Origin: Pseudovirgaria hyperparasitica | Lineage: Eukaryota | Strand: one strand, 5' to 3' | Length of the DNA stretch: 31,723 nt | Assembly: GCA_010093815.1 (NCBI GenBank) | Contig: ML996576.1 | Shown here: positions 11,577 to 21,588 of the stretch, piece after piece | How positions within the stretch are numbered: position 1 is the stretch's first letter | How the letters are laid out: every line of letters starts with the position of its first letter | The notes under the pieces: model-generated | What the model saw: only the letters and a program-made list of their open reading frames with translations | Told to the model about the DNA's origin: nothing | The model's database searches: none | Position numbers and translations under genes: made by a program

Positions 11577-13308
11577 TCATTGAAAACCTCCATTTGCAAG
11601 ATTACCGATAAAAACGACCAAGATGGCACAGTACGCTGCGGATGCCGCGAAAAGCTCGTGTCGAGCAGCCTTGGTCACGAGACTCATCGCTGCCGAAAAG
11701 AGAAGGGTGAACACGACCATGATGGCAACGGCGTCAAAGGTCGACTGCTCATTGCGACTACTCGAGAACTTGTACATGAGTACAACCGGGCACACGAGAA
11801 GAGAGAAGATGATGAAAGTGATGAGAAGACCGATAAAGGCGTCTACTCTGGTGGAGGAGTAGAAATGAATATGCTCGTCTGCCGTCTTGGCCTGGAGTTC
11901 GGGAGTGCGAAACAAATTCTGCAACTTGGTCATTAGGGAATCGGCTAGCATCGGAAGCTGGGCCTAACGAACCTGTAAGGGCGGCTTTTCGGTCCTCAAG
12001 ATGGGCTTCAAGACTTTCTGGTCGATGATCTGCAGGGATCGCTCCACGAAGCCGTCGAAGCCAGCCCACTCGCGTCCGTTTCTCAGACTCAAGATATCCT
12101 CTTTGTGTCGTATGGAGTCATTGTCAGCGTCCATGAGAGGCTTCGCATTGTTGATGTATCGCCGGACTGAACGATAGTTGCGCTCTGATGGGCGCTGGAA
12201 GCCGGTCATTTTGCGTGATTTGATCATCCACTTGTCATATTCGTACAATTTGCACTTGATTTCTGCAAGGATCTCGCGTCGTGGGCGGGTGAGATAGTCT
12301 TCTGGCTCACTGCTCGCTGTCGAAGTGGCATCATCAGCGTCGTCGTCGTCATCATCATCAGTTTCGACAGTGGTTGCGGCAGGAGCACCATTCTCTGCTA
12401 CTTGGCGTTGCATCTCACGACGCTCTGCTTCGCGTTTCTCGCGTTTCTCTCTCCGCTCATCTTTACGCCTTAACTTGGCCTTGTACTCATTGTACGAGTC
12501 TACATCCTCTGTCCGACTATGCAGCCTCATTTGCCGACGGCCATCATAAGAATCCTCACGATCCGCATCGTCGAGTTCCTTCTCCAACGTGGTCAGTTCA
12601 TCCTGCATGTCCAGCAGCACGCGGCTGTGCAGATAACTGAAGTTGCGATACAATGCAAAATTCGCCTCTGAAGACTGAAACGCAGCGAGGCGAGGATATC
12701 CATTGGGCGTCTTCTCGAGGACACGGGTGTGGACTTCCGTGACTTCTTCTGGGTCAGGATCGGTATGAAAAGGATTGACTTTCGAAAGGAAGGATCTTGG
12801 GCGTTTTTCTGATGCGCCTTGGACCACGTTTGTGTTAGTATTAGTGGCACTTGAAGATTCAGATATATCATCAGGAATGTCTGCATCTGAAAGAGCGTCT
12901 TGACTGGATAAAGAAAGATCCATATCGTTGTCGCCGACAAGTGTTTCAAGATCGTCTTCCATGGGTGGACTTTGATTGCAGACGGCATCAGAAGAAGCTG
13001 ATAAAGAAGAAGTGACTTTCAATATATGAGAAGACTGCAGTGAAAGAATGGAATCTCGAACAAAGGAACAAAGACCGACCTGTTTCTCCTTGTTCTAAAT
13101 CAAAGTCCGAGCTCCTTTCAGAATGACCAGAGTTTTCACTCTCAGTATCTACCCGAAGCACAACCTCGTTGCCATTCTCCGTCACCGTCTCCCCACTCAT
13201 CACCGTATCAACCGGGGACTGCGGGCCGCGCTCATCTCTGTTAGCGTTCACAGTGACAGTATCACCAGTCAAAGCACGATTCGGCGCAGGAATTGGAGCA
13301 CTTGACAT
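11577..13308 (-). CDS. DUF6594-domain membrane protein; 3 exons
   Basis: Signature NGYPRLAAFQSSEANFALYRNFSYLHSRVLLDMQDELTTLEKELD, then RPSERNYRSV and three C-terminal hydrophobic helices ending ARHELFAASAAYCAILVVFIG. Introns 12989..13079 (acceptor less certain) and 11919..11972; start ATG 13308 (MSSAPIPAP). Confidence 0.88.
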
Positions 13309-13683
13309 TTTCTTACACCGATGGTAGAAAGTGTGGCTGCCTGTAGAACAGGATTCGGGAGGGGAGAGGCGCATGTCTTATACCACCAGCCACACTATCA
13401 CGTACACAGCCTCACTGCATCCAATTCTTCAGTGCACGGACTCTTCATGGATATATGTGGTAGCATTAACTTCTTATGGATAACTTTCATGCATCCCCAG
13501 GCGCTCAGCTACACATGCTTCCAGTCTACTCTACCCCAGCGTCTTACCGCCCTAGTTTGCAGTGCCTCTGGAACGCCCCATTCCTCACCAAGCGCTGAAG
13601 GATCTGTCTGTATGGAGTCTGATCGCCTATCAATGATCTCGCAAGACGGATTGATCTGCCTCGCATCAACTCCTGCAAACTAA

Positions 13684-14152
13684 CTAACTGCTCTCCTTCT
13701 TGAGCTTATTCTCGCGGTAGTACGCGCCTTTGTTGTACGAGCTGCCGTCCAGAGTGGCAAGTCGGTACTGCCAATATGAATTCTTGTAGCCACGAACGCG
13801 TTGAACAAGGAAAACTTCCTTGCGCATCACCTTGCCGTCGTCGATAGTCATGCTGACTCTCTGGCCTTTTTCGAACTTGCGAGGAAACTATAATGAAGCG
13901 ATGAGCAGGCTGCGCCCAGGCAGGCACACAAGGGAGGGGTTTGGGAGAATACATACAGGCGGCGCATCTTTGTCATTGGAGACATCGGACTTGGTTTCAG
14001 GATAGACTTCACCGGCGGAATCGTACTGTGAATTGATTGATTAGCACTCACGGCTTGTCGAACACCGACATACACACCTCCAGCTCATCCTCGTCGTGGA
14101 CCACATCTGCATCATCAACTGCTCCACGGCCGTAGTTTTCAGTCTCAGCCAT
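13684..14152 (-). CDS. Small 115-aa protein with acidic N-terminus and basic SH3/Tudor-like beta-barrel C-terminus; 3 exons; not in the ORF track
   Basis: Exons 14152-14078 (MAETENYGRGAVDDADVVHDEDELE), 14025-13957 (YDSAGEVYPETKSDVSNDKDAPP) and 13887-13684 (FPRKFEKGQRVSMTIDDGKVMRKEVFLVQRVRGYKNSYWQYRLATLDGSSYNKGAYYRENKLKKESS*). Both introns are phase 0: 52 nt (GTGTGT/GCTAAT/CAG) and 69 nt (GTATGT/TAG). Confidence 0.75.
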
Positions 14153-14528
14153 CGCAGGAATAATGCGATTCTTTGGATTCGATATATGAGAGGGCGTTGA
14201 TGCTCGATGGGAAACACTCGTTCTTCAGCCTTGCAGCTTCTGCCTTCAATCCCCCTCACTTCAGATGGATCGTTATCGCGCCCGCCTTTATATGCAGCTA
14301 CGCGACCAGGTGCCAGGTCGGCCGCAGCGAGTTTCGCTTTGCAGGGAGGCCGTCCACGGTCAAGCATCTAAGCATCTAAATGGGCACCATCTTCCCGTCG
14401 CGGCTGTCATGATCGGCCTCTCGGGCTGCTTGACCGATCAGAGACTCCTGTGCGTAATCGTTCAGATGCATGGATTATCTCACCTCAGCAGCAGGCAGTT
14501 TGAGAGCTTGTGTGCTTCGCCACTCGCT

Positions 14529-14799
14529 TGCTGTGGGATCCGTCGTTTTTCCTGGAACCTGACGAGCTTGGCGTTTTCCATCGGATTTCACGCGTGTGTT
14601 CTTTTTACACCTCCCCACCTCCCCTTCCCTTTCTACCTACATGGTCTTTCACCTTTCTACCTCTCTATATGAGTACTTGGTCATACGTACATAAGTAGAA
14701 ATAGCTCGAGATAGAAAATGGGGGTGAGAACACGCGTGCACTAGTGCCACGCTCGCCAAGAGTTAGGAAAACGACGGGTTCATCCCAGGGTCCACAGCG
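14529..14799. repeat. Imperfect inverted repeat (arms ~14529-14640 and ~14710-14799)
   Basis: Left arm GCTGTGG...CCGTCGTTTTTCCTGGAACCTGACGAGCTTGGC...CACGCGTGTGTTCT. The reverse complement of the right arm reads GCTGTGG...CCGTCGTTTTCCTAACTCTTGGCGAGCGTGGC...CACGCGTGTTCT, with blocks in collinear order. Confidence 0.75.
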
Positions 14800-15080
14800 A
14801 CTATCTAGGCCTTCCATGTAGGCACCCAAATAGAACGGGAAAAGTTATGAACATTCGCGTCAATAATGAACGAAAGATATATAGAGCATCTTCAGCGGCA
14901 CCCCTATATCCAAAAGACTAATCTTGTCCTAATAAATTCGTTTAAAAATGTTACTCATGGCTATAAGTTTCCTTAGACGTTAAGAAAACAGCTAGTATAG
15001 TCTATGAGGAAGAATCAATCGCCTTAACTAATATCAGCTAAGAAGATCGCGATACTATCTAAGCCTGATATATAAAGCCT

Positions 15081-16225
15081 CTATCCGGATCTAGTAGGTA
15101 TGATTAACTTCCCAGCTATAATTTTCTCATGATCTGGATATAGCGTGATTGCATTGTCTGCTAGGTAAACAAGTAAGCCGAAGTATGCTACGTTATTATT
15201 AGTAAGTGTACGTAATCAAGCACGCTCGGACTTGCCATAGTTTGCTGAACGCTTTAATGTCAATCTCGTATGCCCTTCGTCAGCAGGGTATTCGCGTAAT
15301 ACAACTTCGCTCCATGTATAGTCATTCCTGCTCAATGGTACATAATCTACATCCATTCGATCATTATGATTATCATATACTCCTTGAGGTTCTATGTCCA
15401 ATTATCAATTATTAGTAGACTCTTCGGGAGTAGAAACTAGAACTCACTCTGTACTTCTACCAAGTGTTTAAGGACTCTTAGACTAGTCATCGTTGATAGA
15501 GAGATGCGGCTGGAAGACGCAGTTGAAGAAAGACTTAAAGGCATGAAATTTCCATACACGCGTCTGAGAGATTCGATAGATCTAACCACATTATTCATAA
15601 TATAGTAATGGCATAATACTATATCGGCAGGCTGGGAGTGCGAAGCTTGCCTAATATACGATAGTTCTCGTAAGGCCGGTTGACGACAGGGAGGAGGACG
15701 ATCTAGCCAGCGCCACGGCTCACCACCATCCAATCCTTGCTCGCGGTCGAACGGAAGGTGCATTGGCACCGCTTGGCCAAATATGTCCCACTTGCCTGCT
15801 ACTGTCTGAGGTACGCTTGTCCAGCGGGTATCATCGTCGCAATAGAAGCGCACTCTACTACTTTCTAGATCATGATTCCTTTCTAGATAAGCAACTGATC
15901 CCATAGTATTGCGCACTTCGCTCAGATAATAGATCTCAAGGTTGTTGGTACGGCCAGGTACGGAATGAATACCAAATGTATACCGAAGCAGTTGTTGCAT
16001 ATATGCGGCCGCCCCAGGTGGTACTTGATAAGGACGATCTATCAACGTATCTAGACGGTTGAAAGCCGTATTCGCCATTTTGATTGCTTCTTCAATAGCT
16101 TGGACGATATCCCGATTATAGCGACATGATTCATGGATGTGGTAGCCGTCGTGTAAATGATCGAGTGTAAGACATGGTACAAAGAACATCGAGAATAAGA
16201 TGGCGAAGAATGTAAGAGGAACCAT
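15081..16225 (-). CDS. Secreted zincin-like (M35/Lys-N-like) protein, ~346 aa, lacking HExxH; 3 exons
   Basis: Signal peptide MVPLTFFAILFSMFFVPCLT; YHIHESC...AIEEAIKMANTAFNRL; VRFYCDDDTRW; DIVLC. Exons 16225-15448, 15391-15236, 15187-15081; intron 1 is GT-AG (15392..15447) and intron 2 is GC-AG (15188..15235). The spliced junction SANY|AYFGLLVYLADN matches the NADNYA-type motif of these proteases. Confidence 0.7.
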
Positions 16226-16229
16226 TCTG

Positions 16230-16640
16230 CACTAGCCACTAGTAGATAAGAGTATAGATGAAAGGAGGTTGTGATGGTTCCAGAACCTATATACTTTCAA
16301 TATATCATAGCTACAGAGGCCGTACTATATACTATTAATTGAACGTAATTAGCGCAGTAACATCTTCGCCTTTCTATTAGTGTTTACTTATGCGCTATAT
16401 TAGAGACTAGGTAGTATTTTAGGTGATCCTTGTCCTATCCACTTTAATTCGGCCCGCGGTAGAGAAGATCAAGAGAGTCTCAATTTTGTATGCTTCAATT
16501 TTTGAATTGCCAATAAGAAATTTACCGCATGAGTAGTTTTGCGTGACTTTAGATCGCAATGGATACCTTATTCCCGAAATATACTAGCAATTGGAAGCAT
16601 TCATAACCATTAAACCGTTTTAGAAGGATTAGATCATGAT
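16230..16640. other. AT-rich, TpA-enriched flank (possible RIP leakage or repeat relic); similar tract at ~14870-15200
   Basis: Visibly lower GC and many TA/TAG/CTA words compared with the neighbouring genes. Not quantified. Confidence 0.45.
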
Positions 16641-17106
16641 ATTTGTGTTTGAAGACAATCGAATGAACGTCAAGCCGCACGTGCTTTGTCGTTCATCCGT
16701 TAGCTTCCAGTTTGAACCAAAATTCTTGGAGACATGTCCGCCATTTTCTTTTTATAATTCCAGCATTGTCATCGTCGTGAAGGCCGCCATGATCTTCCCA
16801 ACCGTCAAAGCTTGCAGTCGCACAATATCGACAGCCGCATCTCGGCTGATCTATAAGTCTCAGCTCACCGGACCAGATTAGGACCTACGAGAAGCTGCGC
16901 TACGACACTAGAGTGTTCCGATGGATGGAAGTGGGCGGTTTTCCCGACTCCATGCTTGCAGTAGAGATGGTAATCTCGGGTCAACTTGCAGGAACTCAAA
17001 TACGTACCGTGATCTTGACGTTCAGCTGGAGAGGACTTGGGGCCGTGAACCTGCACACCGCTTTCCAGGCTATGCGTGTCTAGAGGAATCCTTCCACCTT
17101 AGACTC

Positions 17107-18043
17107 TCATCGTCCTGCTGCATCAAAATACATGCTCTCGTTATAATGATATCGGTCCATGTAGTCATCGATCGCGACCTGTATGTAGCGTCAATCAGAG
17201 CAACCCAGCCGCAAAACCTTTTCCGAGGATGTCAGCATCATACCTTGGACTTGCAAGTATGCGGGATACCCCAGCCATCAACAGCAATTCCCGACGAAGG
17301 CCCATCTTGTTTCGGCCACTCCAGTGTCATATCTCCAGCGCAGAGGATGGCCTGTCGCAGATAGTCATAGCAATGCTGCACGTGGGACAAGGCTTCTCTC
17401 TGCACAAAGCTTCGGGCAAGCCCGTCGTCTCCACTCACTACTCCGTCTATCATTATCCACTGCATCTTGCGAAGCCTTGCAAGACAGTGGAGCTGGTGAT
17501 ACATGGATACAGAATAGATGGGGCCATGCTTAGTCTGCTGGCCAGGTGGTAGTCCACGCGACTCTGCGTCTGAAACGTACACGAAGCCTCGTCCTTGCTG
17601 TTCTATTCTCAGGAGCCACCCACTTGCGAGAATATCGTGCCGACTTACAGGTAATAGCATGTTCCAGGCATAGTCTGTATCGTCGTTTGCTCGCTCCGAG
17701 TACACTGGGTCAGCTTCGAACAGTATGGTCTCCTGTGGTACTACCCCGATGTCAGCTACACGTTCAAATCAAGTATCGAACCAAACGCACCATGAGGCAG
17801 AGGGTCGGTGTCTCGAAACGAGTATGAATGCCTGACGATCAAATGGCCTTGTTTGATAAGTAATCCGAAAACGAGGGAAGATGCCAGAACTCCAAAGACG
17901 AAGGAACCAAACCAGGACGTAAAGATTGCACATCTACTCCGTTGCTTCTGAACGTAAGTCATCGAGACATCACCATCATCCATCGTTTGAAGAAGGCGAT
18001 GATGTTGGTCTTCAGAAGCCGGACGTGACTTGAAGATTCCCAT
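17107..18043 (-). CDS. DUF3328 / UstYa-family oxidase; 4 exons
   Basis: N-terminal TM anchor (FGSFVFGVLASSLVFGLLI); two HxxHC motifs (SMYHQLHCL and HVQHCYDYLRQAILCAGDMTLE); DGWGIPHTCK. Introns 17741..17790, 17598..17648 and ~17179..17243; last exon VAIDDYMDRYHYNESMYFDAAGR*. Confidence 0.93.
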
Positions 18044-18689
18044 GGTCAACTACAGGCTCGAAATCAAGTGGTCAATGTTGGCCAGCAAGAAGCAGAACGA
18101 GAAGTCGATTGCTATCCAAGGGTACTCGCGCCTAACGATGTCCTCGGCATTTGCACGATGGTAACGGTACGCCACTCCCGAGAAGAGTTCCCGCAAGTTC
18201 ACCATACCCAAGTCGGCACACTAAACTGTATTAACGAGATTGACAGCACCAATCCAGACACTATAGTGAAGCGAGATCTGGGGAAACTGGACCGGCGCAA
18301 CTTTTTGCAGATCATGGTTCCATAAAGCCAATCACAATGATTACAACCTCGGCTTGATGTAAACCCAACTGTCACTTTCACAATCACAAGGAAGGCATTG
18401 TTTCAAAAGAAGCTAGTATATCATTGCTTCTCCGCATTCTGCTAACTCAACGAAGACTGATGATGGAAACTATGAGGCAGAAACGGAGCAATCTACGTTG
18501 CCAAGTCGGTTGGTTGCAAGTCTTACTTGGAAAGCTTAGCCACATGCCCCTTGTTCTATTAGCAGGCTGATACAAGCCTACAGCCCTAGCAAGGTGGTTC
18601 ATTTAAACATATATGCCTCTGTACCCGTCTTGTCCGGCCTTGAGGAGGCAACGGATAGAGAACCAGCATCTGTGTTCCAATCAAGCACA

Positions 18690-19658
18690 ATGGCATTCAT
18701 CAAGTCCCTCCTGGCTCTGGCCGTAGTGGCTTCCTCTGCAATCGCCTCACCCATCGATAACCTGCCAGTCCTCGAGTCCCGTCAAGACCCAGGTCCTGGT
18801 TCATGCCGCAACCAGAGCTGCCTGATCGCAACCGTCGCCGGGTCCACCGGCGCTACTACATACCCCTATGACCAGTACCCCATCATGGACACTCAGGACG
18901 GCGACTGCTGCATCGTTCGCTACTTCCCAGCAGTCAAGAATAGCATCTATGAGGCCCGTCCAGGTCTCCAGGAGTACTGTGCCAGCCACGGTGGTGACGC
19001 TCCACGCGATGCCAACCCGCCAGGCGTCGTCGACATCCACAAGCGCGCCACTTGCAAGCCCAAGATTCTCATCTTTGCCAAGGGAACACTCGAGCCGGGC
19101 CCTATTGGTATTACCGTCGGCCCGAGCCTGAAGCAGAAGTTGGATGCCAACGTGTGGGATGTCAGGGGCTTCAACTACGACAACTCATTTGCGAATGACC
19201 TGTGCCTCGGGCTGCCGGGCGGTGTCACTGCGAGGGGAGTGCTGGAGTCGACGGCAGCTGAGTGCCCGAGTTCCGTGATTGTTCTGAGTGGGTATAGTCA
19301 GGGCGCCATGGTCGTGAGAAACGTAGGTTGCAATGATGGACTTGACGGTCATACGGTCTGCTAACGCGTATACACCTGCAGGCTCTCGCTCGTGCCAAGG
19401 CCTCTGCTGTATCCAGAGTCAAGGTAATAATCCCCCTTCCCATTCGGCTTACTACTCATACTCATAATCGTGCAGAACGTCGTCACTTTCGGCGACCCAT
19501 TCAACGGTGCCAACATCGGGCAATACACTGGCCCAAGGCACGTTTTCTGCGCCCAGGGAGACGGAGTTTGCGATGGTCAACTGAACATTGGTGCCGCCCA
19601 TCTCTCCTATGGATCAGATATTCCTGCTGCTGCTGCCATCATCAGTGCCACCCAGTAA
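18690..19658 (+). CDS. Secreted cutinase (CE5) with an extra Cys/Tyr-rich N-terminal domain; 3 exons
   Basis: Signal peptide MAFIKSLLALAVVASSAIA; ILIFAKGTLEPG; nucleophile elbow SGYSQGA; VTFGDP; CAQGDGVC (Asp); AHLSY (His). Introns 19323..19381 and 19424..19475. Confidence 0.93.
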
Positions 19659-20268
19659 GGGACTGCGGTGCTGGACGTAGTTGAAATGAAACAATAGTGC
19701 CACTCTGCATGCCGTTGAGCTGACTGTGTGTGAGAGCAAGGCTGCGATCTAAGCAATGACGTGATCGATCTGATATTATCTCGATAATGCAATGTTCCGT
19801 GTTCCCGGTAATAGACATACATATTTCCATCATTCTAAAAAAGGGTTTGGGATGTCTTAGCAGCAGGAGGCCGCCCAGGGGCCCCGTGCCATGTTCGTGG
19901 TACACGCCCCCATCCCGCGGCCCCTCAGCCGCACGCGGGCGACGTGCCGCGCCGGGTTTAGCGTCAGGCCAGCCCCGTATTATTCCCTGAACGCACAAGG
20001 ACACAAGGCCTATGTTTAGCGTGCTGGAGGGCGAGTGAGCTGCTTATCCATCCCACCATCCAACAATCGTGGATTTTTGGGGGCCATGAAGCCGCAGAAG
20101 AAATGGGATTGGGGGGCAGTATAGATAAGCCAGGGACCATTCCCTCGTGGATGGAGTGAACTGCTGCATAGCTTGCTGCGAACTTCTTTTCTCTACTGCC
20201 TTTTTTCTTCCCTTTGAGTCTGAGGATTTGATATTATTTTCGGAACAAAAGCCATAGATACGAACGAG

Positions 20269-21588
20269 ATGGCACATATACAAGACTTCACTGGGCCGGC
20301 CATCATACACGCAGATGTGCACTCCATCGAGCCAGACAACGACGCGGTGCAGGAGATGGCCGCGCAGAACTTCACACACGACCTGGCGCACAGTAGCGAA
20401 GACAAGAAGATTGCAGACCAGATGAGCAACTGGTGGGAGGACGCAATGCGGACGAACATGAACGTGCAGGACAACTACAACGAGGTGCATGTCCTGATGA
20501 TCAAGTGGGCACGACACATCGACCAACTGAAGACTCACAGCGAGGTCGAGCGGTTGAGTGCCGTGTTCAGGGATGACTTCAATTACAGTGTCGAGAAGGT
20601 CGAGTTGGACAATCGGTTCAGAAAGCCACAGCACCAGCTCAACTCGGCGATTGCCAAGTTTGTTGAGAAGCACAATGATCCGAGAAACTTGCTCATCGTC
20701 TACTATACTGGTCACGGATCCTGGAACAAAGATCAGAAATATCTGGAGCTTTCGGCAACAAACAACGACCTAAAGAACAAATTCAGCCTGAAGGCAAAGG
20801 CTAATTTTAACACTGCGGAGGCCTTCCTCAAAAGCGACGTCGATGCTGATGTTCTGACGATACTGGATACATGCTTCAGCAGTAATATGCAAAAGTCTGG
20901 TGGGGACAACGAACGTGCTTATCAACTGTTGTCTGCGAGCGGGTTCGATCAAACAACTACCGCAGGCGAGGAGTCTTTCACGTCGACGCTGATACTGACC
21001 CTGAAGGAGTTGGTAAAGCAGTATGAGAACAAGCGGTCGTTTTCCACCCACACGCTCGTTGAGAAGATCAACATGAATCCAGTCCGCCGCGACTCGCCAT
21101 GTTTTCTCTGGAACAGACTTTCGGGAGGCGATCGTTTCATCCGCTTGCAACCGCTCGACAAGAAAGAGGATCACATTGAACTACACCAGGTCGGCTTGAA
21201 AGAACCCGTTCGTGGCTATCTGACTCTTCGATTTGCGCTCAAATCCGAGACGCTCAACCGTGACCAGATCGAGTTCCTCACGCAACAGTTCTCACAGATC
21301 TTCGCTAAGGGTAGCAAGGTGCGCGTTGATCGTATCGACTGGCTCGGTATCAGAAAGACCTCTCGACATGCGTTTCTTGCTGTGCAGGTAATCAAGAAAT
21401 GGAGGAAGTTGGCGGAGAGGAGCTCGAAGCGCAAGCTGAACGTCGACACTGAAGATGTGGATATGGGAGAAGATGAAGAGAGTTCGTCGCCGAGGAAGAA
21501 AGGGAGGTCGGCGGCGTCGACGTCGCTTGCACAAGCAGGCATCAATTCTGATCCGCTGACGCCCAACTCTCTGGACGCTAACTCATGA
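20269..21588 (+). CDS. Caspase-like (clan CD, peptidase C14-like) domain protein, intronless, 439 aa
   Basis: VHVLMIKW...EVERLSAVFRDDFNY, LLIVYYTGHG (His-Gly), DVLTILDTCFS (Cys), QLLSASG, SFTSTLI. C-terminal basic NLS-like motifs RSSKRKL and PRKKGR. Confidence 0.8.
   Translation: MAHIQDFTGPAIIHADVHSIEPDNDAVQEMAAQNFTHDLAHSSEDKKIADQMSNWWEDAMRTNMNVQDNYNEVHVLMIKWARHIDQLKTHSEVERLSAVFRDDFNYSVEKVELDNRFRKPQHQLNSAIAKFVEKHNDPRNLLIVYYTGHGSWNKDQKYLELSATNNDLKNKFSLKAKANFNTAEAFLKSDVDADVLTILDTCFSSNMQKSGGDNERAYQLLSASGFDQTTTAGEESFTSTLILTLKELVKQYENKRSFSTHTLVEKINMNPVRRDSPCFLWNRLSGGDRFIRLQPLDKKEDHIELHQVGLKEPVRGYLTLRFALKSETLNRDQIEFLTQQFSQIFAKGSKVRVDRIDWLGIRKTSRHAFLAVQVIKKWRKLAERSSKRKLNVDTEDVDMGEDEESSSPRKKGRSAASTSLAQAGINSDPLTPNSLDANS

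Noticed and set aside
15210..15230. ACGTAATCAA resembling the start of a pogo/Fot1-type terminal inverted repeat
   Set aside because: It lies inside the predicted GC-AG intron, has no proper TA target duplication, and I found no partner repeat or transposase.
16640..17100. Possible small KEP/RiPP precursor downstream of the DUF3328 gene
   Set aside because: The frames examined show no signal peptide, no repeated cores and no regular KR spacing.
18068..18387. Short ORFs between the DUF3328 and cutinase genes
   Set aside because: Non-ATG starts and no recognisable motifs; better explained as the shared promoter region.
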